From assembly GCA_041661765.1 (NCBI GenBank), contig JBAZTV010000003.1:143914-207913 (forward strand): a stretch of 64,000 nucleotides of DNA, read 5' to 3'. Source of the stretch: Candidatus Shapirobacteria bacterium (GTDB lineage Bacteria > Patescibacteriota > Microgenomatia > UBA12405). Under the pieces are notes generated by a model. That model ran no database searches. It saw only the letters and a list, made by a program, of their open reading frames with translations, and was not told where the DNA came from. The position numbers and the translations under genes were made by a program. Positions 1 through 9,001 of this stretch are shown here, in pieces (the first letter of the stretch is position 1; each line of letters begins with the position of its first letter).

Positions 1-640
1 CCAAAGAAATATTGAAATTAGTCAGACTCCATTCATCTAATTTCACCACTGCAAACCTCAATACATCAGGATGATCAATCGACAACATTCCCATATTCGC
101 TCCACGTCGCACTCCGCCTTGTTTAATCTGAGCCGTCACATCATTGTATGCCTGCATAAAACTAACCGGACCAACTGTTGTGCCACCACTTGATTTAATA
201 TAATCACCACTTGGCCTAAGTCTTGAAAAAGAAAAACCAGTTCCACCACCGCTCTTATGAATCAACGCCATATTTGACATGGTTTCTAAAATTGATTCCA
301 TTGAATCATCAATCGGCAACACAAAACAAGCCGATAATTGAGGGTGCAGTTTGCCTGCATTTATCAAACAAGGAGTATTTGGCAAAAATTTTTGCTCTGC
401 AAATAATTGATAAAAAATTCTAGCTTGGTTTTCTATTCCTTCATCATTAACTCCAAAAAATTTATCTCCCTTAGCCACATTAGTCGCCACTCTCCAAAAA
501 ATATCTTTAACCGTCTCAAGCGACTTGCCATCCTCGTCTTTTCTTGAGTACCTAGTTTCAGCAATATATGTCGCATTAGCTGAAAGCTTTGGTTCAATTA
601 ATTCACCACCATTAATATTTTGTCTTAATATATCTGTCAT
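1..640 (-). CDS. nrdJ: Ribonucleotide reductase, N-terminal part, truncated by the window edge. Likely class II B12-dependent, NrdJ-like. Start codon at 638-640, continues past position 1.
   Basis: Reverse-strand translation begins MTDILRQNINGGELIEPKLSANATYIAETRY and contains GGGTG.SFSRLRP and ...GGVRRGANMGML..DHPD, which are typical RNR catalytic-core motifs. It lies immediately downstream of nrdR with a 4-nt spacer. Confidence 0.6.
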   Translation of the reverse strand, partial: MTDILRQNINGGELIEPKLSANATYIAETRYSRKDEDGKSLETVKDIFWRVATNVAKGDKFFGVNDEGIENQARIFYQLFAEQKFLPNTPCLINAGKLHPQLSACFVLPIDDSMESILETMSNMALIHKSGGGTGFSFSRLRPSGDYIKSSGGTTVGPVSFMQAYNDVTAQIKQGGVRRGANMGMLSIDHPDVLRFAVVKLDEWSLTNFNISL

Positions 641-644
641 TTTT

Positions 645-1088
645 TTATTTTTTAAAATTACTAATTAAATTTTTAAAGTCATTTATATCGTTTATATCTA
701 AATAAACTGTAGCAAATCGAATATACGCCATCGGATCTACATTTTTCAATTTTTCCAAAATTAAAACTCCAATTTCTTTTGAAGGAATTTCCACACTTGG
801 CCAATTTAATAATTTCATTTCAATTTCATCAATTAATTTATTTTTCTCTTCCTCACTCATCTTCCAACAAGCTTTATCTATACATTTTTCCAATTTTTCT
901 CTCGAATAATCTTCTCTTTTTCCTGATTTTTTAATTACTTTAAGATCAATACTTCCAACTCTTTCATAAGTAGTGAATCTTTTTTTACACTTCAAACACT
1001 CCCTTCTTCTTCTTGTCACTTTTCCTTCTCCTGCCTCTCTACTTTCCAATACATTGGATTCATCAAAACCACAATATGGACACAACAT
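645..1088 (-). CDS. nrdR: Transcriptional repressor NrdR (zinc ribbon plus ATP-cone)
   Basis: MLCPYCG...RRRECLKCKKRFTTYERV is the N-terminal Zn-ribbon. The ATP-cone-like remainder fits the 147-aa size and the gene is adjacent to an RNR gene. Confidence 0.9.
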   Translation of the reverse strand: MLCPYCGFDESNVLESREAGEGKVTRRRRECLKCKKRFTTYERVGSIDLKVIKKSGKREDYSREKLEKCIDKACWKMSEEEKNKLIDEIEMKLLNWPSVEIPSKEIGVLILEKLKNVDPMAYIRFATVYLDINDINDFKNLISNFKK

Positions 1089-1336
1089 TTTTGTTATTTT
1101 TATTATAATTGATAAAACACTATTTCTAGTGGCTGTTCACCATCATATCCACTACCACTGGTATCAGTCAATATATTAAAATATATCAAAAATGTAAATT
1201 GCAATTATTCCGCGGAAAACTATTCGTTTTAAACATGAGTTGTTTTTTTTAAAACCATTTAAAAAAAAACATATTTTTAGGTTAAAAGTGATGTAACTAA
1301 CTGTCTCGTTGATTTGAAAGAAAGGAAAGATGCACA

Positions 1337-1702
1337 TTGAAAATGTTATTTAAAGTTATTATCGTATCTATAGTATTAATTTCTGTTACAAGTACCCTTA
1401 CACCACCAGCCTATGCCCTCAATAATCAATGCAATACCAGATATTGTGTCAACACTCCATCTCCTTGCGATTTAGGCGGAGGAAAATGGGATGATCAAAA
1501 TTATGTACTTCTAGCATCTGATTATCTCAACCTCAAAGATCCTAGTCCTTATGTAACGAAAATTTATTACAAAGGGGAAAGATTGTATCTCAATTTTCAT
1601 GCCAAAAAAGATGGTAATTACATTTGGGGTATTTCAACAAAATGGGCATATATACATCCAGGGTGGAAAAACAACGATAATTGGGAAATCCGCTTCAAAT
1701 AA
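1337..1702 (+). CDS. Hypothetical secreted protein with an N-terminal signal peptide and Cys-containing mature part
   Basis: Hydrophobic N-terminus VIIVSIVLISVTSTLTPPAYA, then a polar Cys-containing domain. No recognisable family. Confidence 0.45.
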   Translation: MKMLFKVIIVSIVLISVTSTLTPPAYALNNQCNTRYCVNTPSPCDLGGGKWDDQNYVLLASDYLNLKDPSPYVTKIYYKGERLYLNFHAKKDGNYIWGISTKWAYIHPGWKNNDNWEIRFK

Positions 1703-1785
1703 CACACTAAATCAAATCAACGACCAAAACCGAGAGGGATATTATATATAATTATAATACTAATATCCCTCTCAACATTTATAAA

Positions 1786-2175
1786 ATGAAAAAAATAATA
1801 ATAAAAGTTAGCATTATTGCTATATTATTTATAGTCTTATTAAGACTTAGTTTTTTTATTAAAGATAAGCCTGAACAATTTTTTGATTTATCAGATTCTT
1901 CTGCAACTTACATAATTACTGCTGATGAAAATTATTATCAGTTACAACCCACAGATAAAAACAATAAATCAATGGTTATAATTGCTTCGTCACCAAAAAA
2001 CTTAAATGATTTTTTAAATAAAGAAGTTCATATTACTGGAAAATTTATTTTTGCCGATCCAAAAGATGTTTTATGTCCTCAAATTAATTGTCAAAGATTG
2101 AAAAGAATAGATTTTAATTTAAAAAAGATGTCTGCAATAAAAATGGAGGCTATTGAAATAACTGACATAAACTAA
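1786..2175 (+). CDS. Hypothetical membrane-anchored or secreted protein
   Basis: N-terminal hydrophobic segment IIAILFIVLLRLSFF. ORF with AT-rich codon usage matching neighbouring genes. Confidence 0.4.
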   Translation: MKKIIIKVSIIAILFIVLLRLSFFIKDKPEQFFDLSDSSATYIITADENYYQLQPTDKNNKSMVIIASSPKNLNDFLNKEVHITGKFIFADPKDVLCPQINCQRLKRIDFNLKKMSAIKMEAIEITDIN

Positions 2176-2200
2176 AACCCAGCTTTGATATAATACACAC

Positions 2201-2473
2201 ATGCAAAAAATCATTAATTTTTTAAAAGAAGTGATGGTGATTTTTAAAACTATCACTTGGCCCAAAAAAGAGGCTTTAATTCAGATGACAATTGTGGTAA
2301 TATCAATCTCAATTGTAATCTCCCTAATTTTGGGAGGTTTTGATTATTTGTTTACTAAATCGATTGGTCTTTTAGGTAATTCAAAAACTACCACAAAAAC
2401 AACCGAACAATCGATTACACCAACAATGAATCCGCTTCCGACAGTCGCTTCTACTTCGGAAACATTCAAATAA
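2201..2473 (+). CDS. secE: Preprotein translocase subunit SecE
   Basis: KEVMVIFKTITWPKKEALIQMTIVVISISIVISLILGGFDYLF matches the SecE signature (K-V-TWP...single TM). It occupies the conserved secE-nusG-rplK-rplA position. Confidence 0.7.
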   Translation: MQKIINFLKEVMVIFKTITWPKKEALIQMTIVVISISIVISLILGGFDYLFTKSIGLLGNSKTTTKTTEQSITPTMNPLPTVASTSETFK

Positions 2474-2477
2474 AAAT

Positions 2478-3074
2478 ATGCCAAAAACTTCTGCAAAAAC
2501 TAACAAAAAAGAGTTTCTTTTCAAACTCTCTTCTCTCGAACCAAGCTTCGATGCCGCTTGGTATGTTGTCAATACCTATTCTGGTCATGAATACAAAGCC
2601 ATTGAGGCTCTAAAAATTAGAATTAAAACTATGGGATTGGAAGACCAAATTTTCCAAGCCATCGTCCCAATTCAAAGTAAAATGGTTATTCGTCGTGGTC
2701 AAAAAGTTAAAACTCAAGAAAAAACCTTTCCTGGTTATGTTTTAATTCAAATGGTTTTAAATGACGATTCTTGGATCACTGTCCGCACTACCCAAGGTGT
2801 TACTGGATTTATCGGCATTGAAAACACTCCATCTCCAATTTCTCAAAAAGAGGTAGACCAAATTCTTCAAACTACCGAAGAAGACAAACCAAAATATCAA
2901 GCTCCATTCGCTATTGGTGATGTTGTAAAAATTACTAATGGTCCATTCACTGACTTTATTGGTACCATTGAATCAATTGATCAAGAAAAAGGTAAAATTA
3001 GAGTTTTAATCTCTATTTTTGAGCGCGAAACACCAGTCGAACTCGACTTTTTACAAGTTAGTAAAGAATTATAA
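2478..3074 (+). CDS. nusG: Transcription termination/antitermination factor NusG
   Basis: WYVVNTYSGHEYKA... is the NGN domain. The C-terminal KOW motif is FAIGDVVKITNGPFTDFIGTIESID. Conserved operon context. Confidence 0.9.
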   Translation: MPKTSAKTNKKEFLFKLSSLEPSFDAAWYVVNTYSGHEYKAIEALKIRIKTMGLEDQIFQAIVPIQSKMVIRRGQKVKTQEKTFPGYVLIQMVLNDDSWITVRTTQGVTGFIGIENTPSPISQKEVDQILQTTEEDKPKYQAPFAIGDVVKITNGPFTDFIGTIESIDQEKGKIRVLISIFERETPVELDFLQVSKEL

Positions 3075-3078
3075 AATT

Positions 3079-3504
3079 ATGGCTAAAAAAATAAAAACAA
3101 TTGTTAAACTTACTCTTCCTGCCGGCGGTGCTAATCCAGCCCCTCCAGTCGGTACCGCTCTTGGTCCTCACGGTATCAAGATTATGGATTTCTGTAACGA
3201 ATTTAATGAAAAAACCAAAGAAATGCGTGGCAGTGTCATCCCTTCAGTTATCACCATTTTTGAAGATCGTTCTTTCGAATTTATCATCAAAAAACCACCT
3301 GTTTCTGATATGATCAAAAAAATGACCGGTGTCGCTAAAGGTGCCGTCACTCCTGGTCGCGAAAAAGTCGCTAAATTAACCATGGCCCAAGTCGAAGAAA
3401 TCGCTAAAAATAAAATTGAAGATTTAAATACCAAAGATTTAGAAGCCGCCAAAAGATCAGTTATGGGCACCGCTAAATCCATGGGTGTCGAAATCATTCA
3501 ATAA
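3079..3504 (+). CDS. rplK: 50S ribosomal protein L11. The internal ATG at 3079 was chosen over the longer ORF start at 3019.
   Basis: MAKKIKTIVKLTLPAGGANPAPPVGTALGPHGIKIMDFCNEFNEKT is a canonical L11 N-terminus. Confidence 0.95.
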   Translation: MAKKIKTIVKLTLPAGGANPAPPVGTALGPHGIKIMDFCNEFNEKTKEMRGSVIPSVITIFEDRSFEFIIKKPPVSDMIKKMTGVAKGAVTPGREKVAKLTMAQVEEIAKNKIEDLNTKDLEAAKRSVMGTAKSMGVEIIQ

Positions 3505-3512
3505 AATAAATT

Positions 3513-3560
3513 GCCCTGTCAAGGGAAATGTCACGAAGTGACAAAGGGTTTATTCCTTAA
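3513..3560 (+). repeat. Twin-hairpin element (CCCTGTCAAGGG ... GTCACGAAGTGAC ... AAAGGGTTT) between rplK and rplA. Member of a 3-copy family; the other copies are at 44150-44195 and 61958-62005.
   Basis: Direct reading: gccctgtcaagggaaatgtcacgaagtgacaaagggttta. The other copies read gtgccctgtcaagggaaaggtggtacgaagtaccaaagggttta and cccctgtcaaggggaaggtggtacgaagtaccaaggggtttt. Confidence 0.6.
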
Positions 3561-3584
3561 AAATTAATAATTAAATCAAACAAT

Positions 3585-4328
3585 ATGAGCAAAACCACTC
3601 AAGAAAACAAGGCTAAAAAAGCCAAAGAACAAATCAAAGTGGAAGAGATTGTCAAAACTGACGATACTCAAAACGCCGCTGAAGAAGTTGAAACTTCAGA
3701 AACTCCACAAGAAGTCGCCGCAACCGTTAAAGTTGCTAAAAAGCGATCTAAAAAATATTTAACCGCCAAGGCTAAAGTTGATATTAATAAATATTATGCT
3801 CTTGCCGAAGCTATCAAATTAGTCAAAGCCACTTCTCTTTCCAAATTTGAAGGTAAAATTGAAGCCCATGTCACTATTTTTGACATTGGTAATATTGGTG
3901 AAATTAATTTTCCCCATCTCGAAACCGCCAGTAAAAAAGTGGTTATTTTAAATGACACTATTTTAGCTGAAATTAAAGATGGCAAAATTAATTTTGACAT
4001 TTTAATCGCCACTCCAGCCACCATGCCAAAATTATTACCTTTAGCGAGGACTCTTGGTCCAAAAGGTTTAATGCCTAATCCCAAAAATGGCACTTTAACC
4101 GACAAACCAGAAGAATCTCTTAAAAAACTTTCCGTTGCTAAAACAACTTTAAAAACTGAAAAGAAAGCTCCTGTTCTTCACACCATTGTCGGTAAAATTT
4201 CTCAAAAAGATGAAGAAATTATTGCCAATGTTCAAGAACTCATTAAAGTTCTTAAGATCAATAAAATCAAAAAGTTTTCACTTTGTGCCACCATGGGCCC
4301 ATCGGTCAAAATCCTCATTGAAAAATAA
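3585..4328 (+). CDS. rplA: 50S ribosomal protein L1 with a Lys/Glu-rich N-terminal extension
   Basis: ...LGPKGLMPNPKNGT... and FEGKIEAHV are L1 signatures. Follows rplK. Confidence 0.9.
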   Translation: MSKTTQENKAKKAKEQIKVEEIVKTDDTQNAAEEVETSETPQEVAATVKVAKKRSKKYLTAKAKVDINKYYALAEAIKLVKATSLSKFEGKIEAHVTIFDIGNIGEINFPHLETASKKVVILNDTILAEIKDGKINFDILIATPATMPKLLPLARTLGPKGLMPNPKNGTLTDKPEESLKKLSVAKTTLKTEKKAPVLHTIVGKISQKDEEIIANVQELIKVLKINKIKKFSLCATMGPSVKILIEK

Positions 4329-4330
4329 GC

Positions 4331-4375
4331 TGTATTTTTTGTAAGGGCAGACCGCGTGTCTGCCCTTCTTTTTTT
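4331..4375 (+). terminator. Rho-independent terminator after rplA
   Basis: aagggcagaccgcgtgtctgcccttctttttttg: GC stem followed by a T-run. Confidence 0.7.
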
Positions 4376-4390
4376 GATAGAATCATATAA

Positions 4391-5074
4391 ATGACATTTC
4401 TAAATATTTTTTATTTTTTTGTTCTCTACTCTTTTTTAGGTTGGATAGCTGAAACTACATTTGTTTCTATCAATCGTAAACAATTTGTTAATATGGGCTT
4501 TTTAGATGGACCTTTCAGTCCTATCTATGGAAGCGGAGCATTAGCCGTTATTTTATTCATCTTTCCTTTCCATCATAATTTTTTTATTTTTTTTATTATG
4601 TCCACAGTCATCGCTTCGATTATAGAATATATCACCAGTCTTTTTTTTGAAAAAGGTTTTAATATCGTTTGGTGGGATTATTCAGACAAACCATTTAATC
4701 TCAATGGTCGAATCTGTCTCCAATATTCTTTTTACTGGGGAATTTTATCAGCTCTAGTTTTAACCTTCGTCCACCCCCACATAGTCCCTTTCGTTAATCT
4801 TCTTTCCAACCATATTGGTTTAACTGGTGTTATTGTTTTTATGATTTATTTCATTATCGATGCCACCGACACTTTTAATGATCTTGTTCAATTTAAACAA
4901 ATTATTTCTCAAAAAATCAGCCAAAGTATCAAATTAAATAAAAAAATCACTCGTCTCATTAATTCTTTTCCTGACTTTAAATCCAAAATTAATAATGATT
5001 TTATTGTTCAACTAAAATTAAAAATAAAATCAAATTACCATCGACCTGATAAAATTCAACCCAAAGCCGACTGA
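4391..5074 (+). CDS. Polytopic membrane protein of unknown function. Possibly a putative ABC-transporter type IV / CmpB-like family member (low confidence).
   Basis: Multiple hydrophobic helices. The N-terminal motif YSFLGWIAETTFVSI...GFLDGPFSPIYGSGAL is reminiscent of that family. Confidence 0.4.
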   Translation: MTFLNIFYFFVLYSFLGWIAETTFVSINRKQFVNMGFLDGPFSPIYGSGALAVILFIFPFHHNFFIFFIMSTVIASIIEYITSLFFEKGFNIVWWDYSDKPFNLNGRICLQYSFYWGILSALVLTFVHPHIVPFVNLLSNHIGLTGVIVFMIYFIIDATDTFNDLVQFKQIISQKISQSIKLNKKITRLINSFPDFKSKINNDFIVQLKLKIKSNYHRPDKIQPKAD

Positions 5075-5985
5075 ATTATTTTATCTAAAAGTTCAGAATA
5101 ATTTATTCCTGCTACTTTAGCCGCTTTTGGTAACAATGACTGTGCTGTCATTCCCGGAATAATATTAATTTCCAAAACATAAGCTTCGTCATTTTTAATA
5201 ATAAAATCTAACCTAGCCATTCCCTTACATTTTAATAATTTAAAAACCTTTTTTGATATTTCAAAAATTTTCTGGCTCAATTCGTCTGACACTCTTGCTG
5301 GCACAATTTCTTGACACAATTTCTCATTATATTTCGATTTATAATCAAAAAATTCATTTTTTGGACAAATCTCCACCAAAGGCAACGCTAATAATTCTCC
5401 ATTATCCTCAATTAAACTACAAGATACTTCTATTCCTTTTATGTATTCTTCAATTAAAATCTCTTGATCATACTTAAAGGCTAAATTTATGGCCTTCGTC
5501 AAATTTTCTTTCGATCTAACTATTGAAATTCCGATACTTGATCCTCCTAAAACCGGTTTAATCACCACTGGCCACCCTAATTTTTCCAAATCTTTTCCCC
5601 TCCTTTCGTCAAAGGAGGGGTTAGGGGTAGATTTCAAAAAAATTGCTTTAGGATTTTTTATCTCTTCTTTATTTACTAAAAATTTAAAAAACATTTTATT
5701 CATTCCTAAAATTGATGCCGCCGCTCCCGAACAAGTATATTTCTGCCCCATTGATTCCAATAAACTCTGAATCGTTCCATCTTCACCATATTTACCATGC
5801 AAAGCAATAAAAATTAAATCCGGTTTTATTTCATCTACCCAAGTGCAATCCCCATTAAAATCAACTGGAATTATTTCATATTTTTTCTTATCCAAATTCT
5901 TAACCACTTCATTTCCCGATATTAAAGACACTTCCCTCTCACTACTAATTCCACCCATTAACACCACCACTTTTAATTTTTTCAT
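5056..5985 (-). CDS. ddl: D-alanine--D-alanine ligase
   Basis: KVVVLMGGISSEREVSLISG...HGKYGEDGTIQSLLE...ARLDF...EINIIPGMT is the ATP-grasp Ddl pattern. Its 3' end overlaps the upstream ORF by a few codons. Confidence 0.9.
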   Translation of the reverse strand: MKKLKVVVLMGGISSEREVSLISGNEVVKNLDKKKYEIIPVDFNGDCTWVDEIKPDLIFIALHGKYGEDGTIQSLLESMGQKYTCSGAAASILGMNKMFFKFLVNKEEIKNPKAIFLKSTPNPSFDERRGKDLEKLGWPVVIKPVLGGSSIGISIVRSKENLTKAINLAFKYDQEILIEEYIKGIEVSCSLIEDNGELLALPLVEICPKNEFFDYKSKYNEKLCQEIVPARVSDELSQKIFEISKKVFKLLKCKGMARLDFIIKNDEAYVLEINIIPGMTAQSLLPKAAKVAGINYSELLDKIIQSALG

Positions 5986-6040
5986 ACCAAATTATATCAA
6001 ATACTAATTAAGTTGTAAACTCAAATATTATATCTAAATA

Positions 6041-7204
6041 TTGACTTGTAAACTAAACATGCTAAAATTAATCATGTCTGACTATCAAACCCTAAACGAA
6101 ATCGATATCGATTCATCTTATCTAATTAATAATTATAATTATTTCCAAAAAATTAATCCCAATTGTCACATTTGTCCTGTTTTAAAATCCAATGCTTATG
6201 GCCATGGACTACTTCAAGTCGCTCAAATTATTGATAAGCAATTAAAAAACACTCCATACATTATGGTCGACTCACTTTACGAAGCTTACGAACTCCACAA
6301 ACAAAATATAAAAACGCCAATTATGATAATGGGCTACACCGATCCTCAAAACTATCAAATTTGGAAAAAACTTCCTTTTACTTTTACTGTTTATGATATT
6401 GCCTCTCTCCAAGCCTTAGATAAATATCAAACTAACGCCAAAATTCATATTAAATTAGACACTGGTATGTGTCGCCTCGGTATTCAAAAAAAAGATGTTG
6501 CTGAATTTATTACTACTCTTAAAAAATATCCTCACCTTAAAATTGAAGGCATTTATTCTCATCTCTCTCAAGCCAATGATCCTAAAAAAATAACTTTCAC
6601 CAATCATCAAATAAAACTTTTTAAGGAAATGGTTTCTCTTTTTGAAAAAGCCGGTTTCCATTTTAAATACAAACACATTTCTGCCACTGCCGGCGCTTCT
6701 ATCATCCAAGATCCTTATTTTAATCTAATTCGTTTAGGATTAGGGTTTTATGGGTATTCCCCTTTTGGCACTCACACAAAAGAAGCCAGAACTCAAAAAT
6801 TATTTTTAAAACCGGCTCTAAATTTTACTTCCCGTTTAGCCCTTATCAAACAAATTGGAAGCGGCTCTCAAGTTAGTTACGGAGACAATTACACCGCCAA
6901 ACAAGACGAACTCATTGGTATTATCACTGCTGGCTATTACGAAGGTATCCCTTATGGTCTAAGCAATCGCGCCTCTTTTCTACTTCAAAACACCAAATGC
7001 TCTATTATTGGCAATATCAACATGAATATGACCATTATTAAAATTCCGAGAACTATAAATGCTAAAATTGGTGACAAAATTACTATTATTTCATCAAATA
7101 TTGAAGATTCCTGCTCTGCTTACAAATTATGCTCTACACTAAATATCCCCATTTATGTTCTTATTTGTTCACTACATTCATCAATTAGACGAAAAATTAT
7201 ATGA
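6041..7204 (+). CDS. alr: Alanine racemase
   Basis: CPVLKSNAYGHG contains the PLP-lysine motif (K in V.K.NAYGHG). Size is ~387 aa. Adjacent to murF and ddl. Confidence 0.85.
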   Translation: MTCKLNMLKLIMSDYQTLNEIDIDSSYLINNYNYFQKINPNCHICPVLKSNAYGHGLLQVAQIIDKQLKNTPYIMVDSLYEAYELHKQNIKTPIMIMGYTDPQNYQIWKKLPFTFTVYDIASLQALDKYQTNAKIHIKLDTGMCRLGIQKKDVAEFITTLKKYPHLKIEGIYSHLSQANDPKKITFTNHQIKLFKEMVSLFEKAGFHFKYKHISATAGASIIQDPYFNLIRLGLGFYGYSPFGTHTKEARTQKLFLKPALNFTSRLALIKQIGSGSQVSYGDNYTAKQDELIGIITAGYYEGIPYGLSNRASFLLQNTKCSIIGNINMNMTIIKIPRTINAKIGDKITIISSNIEDSCSAYKLCSTLNIPIYVLICSLHSSIRRKII

Positions 7205-8415
7205 AAAAAAATATTTCCAATCTCGTTTTAAATTATCTTAAATTTTTTGCCCGACTTCAACTTTCCAAAGTTAGATTTATCCAAAAATTAAAAAGAAAAC
7301 AGTTGGATATTGTCGGCATCACTGGCTCTGCTGGTAAAAGTTCTACTCTTTTTGCCTGTCAAACTATTCTTTCTTCTCACTTCAAAGTGAAAACAAACGA
7401 TGGCTATAATTCTGAATCTGGATTACCTTTAAGTATTATTGGTCTTAAAATCACTGATTATAATCTTCTTTCCTGGTTAAAAATAATTATTCTTTGCCCA
7501 ATTAAATTATTAATTAATTGGCAATCTTACGATATCTTAATTCTGGAAATGGGTGTTGACTCCCCCACTTGGCCCAAAAACATGGATTATCTTTTATCTA
7601 TAGTTCAACCCAACATCGCAATTTTTCTTAATGTCAGTTCTGTCCATATGATGAATTTCAAAAATCTTGATCAAATTGCCCAAGAAAAAGCAAAATTGGT
7701 CAATTCCGCCAAAACAGCCATCATTAATAACCAAGACAAATTAGTCAAAAAATACACTCAAAATAAAAATATTATTAATCTTGTTCCCACTAAAATTAAA
7801 TTTGACCAATTTTATCTTCCCGATATTTATCAAATCAGTTTTGGTGCCGCCCTCAGCCTAACCAGAATTTTTAACATCAACTACAACCAAGCTGTCAAAA
7901 ATCTTCAAACAAATTTTGTTCTGCCCCCATCCCGTTCTTCAATTTTAGACGGCATTAAAAATACAACTATTATCGACAGTTCTTACAATTCCTCCCCTAT
8001 TGCTTGTATTGAACTTTTAAAATTTTTAACCACTTTCAAAACCAAAAAAATTGCTGTTCTTGGCGATATGAGAGAACTCGGTAATTCTAGTAAGGAAGAA
8101 CATCAAAAAATTTACGATTTAGCCACTAAATCGGCTGATTTAATTATCAGTGTCGGACCAGAAACAAAAAAATATTTTATTAGTAGAGACGTTGCGCGCA
8201 ACGTCTCTACATTTAATTTTGATAATTGGTGGACAGCTGCCGAATTTTTAAAAGAACAAATTAAAGGTGATGAAACCATTTTAGTCAAAGGCTCTCAAAA
8301 CACCATTTTTCTTGAAGAATTAGTCAAATCAATTTTAAAAAATCCATCCGATTCTAAAAAACTCTGCCGCCAATCTCCCTATTGGCTAAAAGTCAAAGCC
8401 AAATTTAAGCTCTAA
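7201..8415 (+). CDS. murF: UDP-N-acetylmuramoyl-tripeptide--D-alanyl-D-alanine ligase (Mur ligase family, MurF-like)
   Basis: DIVGITGSAGKSST is the Mur ligase P-loop. DSSYNSSP and LGDMRELG are C-terminal-domain motifs. The start overlaps the alr stop. Confidence 0.8.
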   Translation: MKKNISNLVLNYLKFFARLQLSKVRFIQKLKRKQLDIVGITGSAGKSSTLFACQTILSSHFKVKTNDGYNSESGLPLSIIGLKITDYNLLSWLKIIILCPIKLLINWQSYDILILEMGVDSPTWPKNMDYLLSIVQPNIAIFLNVSSVHMMNFKNLDQIAQEKAKLVNSAKTAIINNQDKLVKKYTQNKNIINLVPTKIKFDQFYLPDIYQISFGAALSLTRIFNINYNQAVKNLQTNFVLPPSRSSILDGIKNTTIIDSSYNSSPIACIELLKFLTTFKTKKIAVLGDMRELGNSSKEEHQKIYDLATKSADLIISVGPETKKYFISRDVARNVSTFNFDNWWTAAEFLKEQIKGDETILVKGSQNTIFLEELVKSILKNPSDSKKLCRQSPYWLKVKAKFKL

Positions 8416-9001
8416 ATTCCTTATCCTTTTTCATCTCATGCTCAATCAAGTTTCTCAAAAACACCGACCTTGGTTGCATTCTTTTTTGAGCCACCCAATC
8501 TAAATAATTCAATATTTTTGGATTAACAAAAAAATTAAATCTCACATCAATCAAACTATCTGCCTTTTTTAAAGCTCCTTCTATTATTTGTTCTACATTT
8601 TCACCATCATATTCCGACATTATCAATTTTGGATCATCAATACCCTTAATAAATACCGGCATATGCTCCTTTTTATACAATGCAATTACTGGTTTATTCA
8701 TTTCCAAAGCTTTACTTATTAGATATCCCATCGACATACTATGTCCCGAAACTTCCATTATCACAATATCTGCCTTTTTAACTGAATCAAGCGATTGAAT
8801 ATAATTTTCCCTTTTTATTTTTTGCGGTACTCCGCGCATATCCTTCACCCCTGTTTTTATCCACTTCATCACCTTGTCACTAAGCATCTTTCCTTCAGCC
8901 GACAAACAAGCATACATTTTTGAATACAATTTTGGATCAATATCCACCAATCTAGCAGATGCTACAAAATATAATTTCATAAATTTATCCAAGTATATCA
9001 A
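8405..9001 (-). CDS. Hypothetical protein. Possibly nucleoside 2-deoxyribosyltransferase-like fold with a C-terminal extension.
   Basis: KLYFVASAR...ADIVIMEVSG...GYLISKALEMNKPVIAL weakly resembles NDT-like Rossmann proteins. Not diagnostic. Confidence 0.35.
   Translation of the reverse strand: MIYLDKFMKLYFVASARLVDIDPKLYSKMYACLSAEGKMLSDKVMKWIKTGVKDMRGVPQKIKRENYIQSLDSVKKADIVIMEVSGHSMSMGYLISKALEMNKPVIALYKKEHMPVFIKGIDDPKLIMSEYDGENVEQIIEGALKKADSLIDVRFNFFVNPKILNYLDWVAQKRMQPRSVFLRNLIEHEMKKDKEFRA

Noticed and set aside
223-423. 66-aa plus-strand ORF at the window start, and similar small ORFs at 973-1179, 3101-3313, 3168-3497, 3794-4105, 5253-5770
   Set aside because: Each lies antisense to or out of frame within a well-supported gene (nrdJ, nrdR, rplK, rplA, ddl). 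No independent support.
1089-1336. NrdR-box operator upstream of nrdR-nrdJ
   Set aside because: Looked for the tandem 16-bp NrdR palindromes in the divergent promoter region. Only weak partial matches (caatatattaaaatatatc) were seen, insufficient to call.
3505-3584. Interpretation of the rplK-rplA intergenic hairpin as a dedicated L1-binding autoregulatory site
   Set aside because: The same twin-hairpin sequence recurs at 44150-44195 and 61958-62005 in unrelated contexts. It is better explained as a dispersed repeat family member. A regulatory role at rplA is not excluded but cannot be supported from sequence alone.
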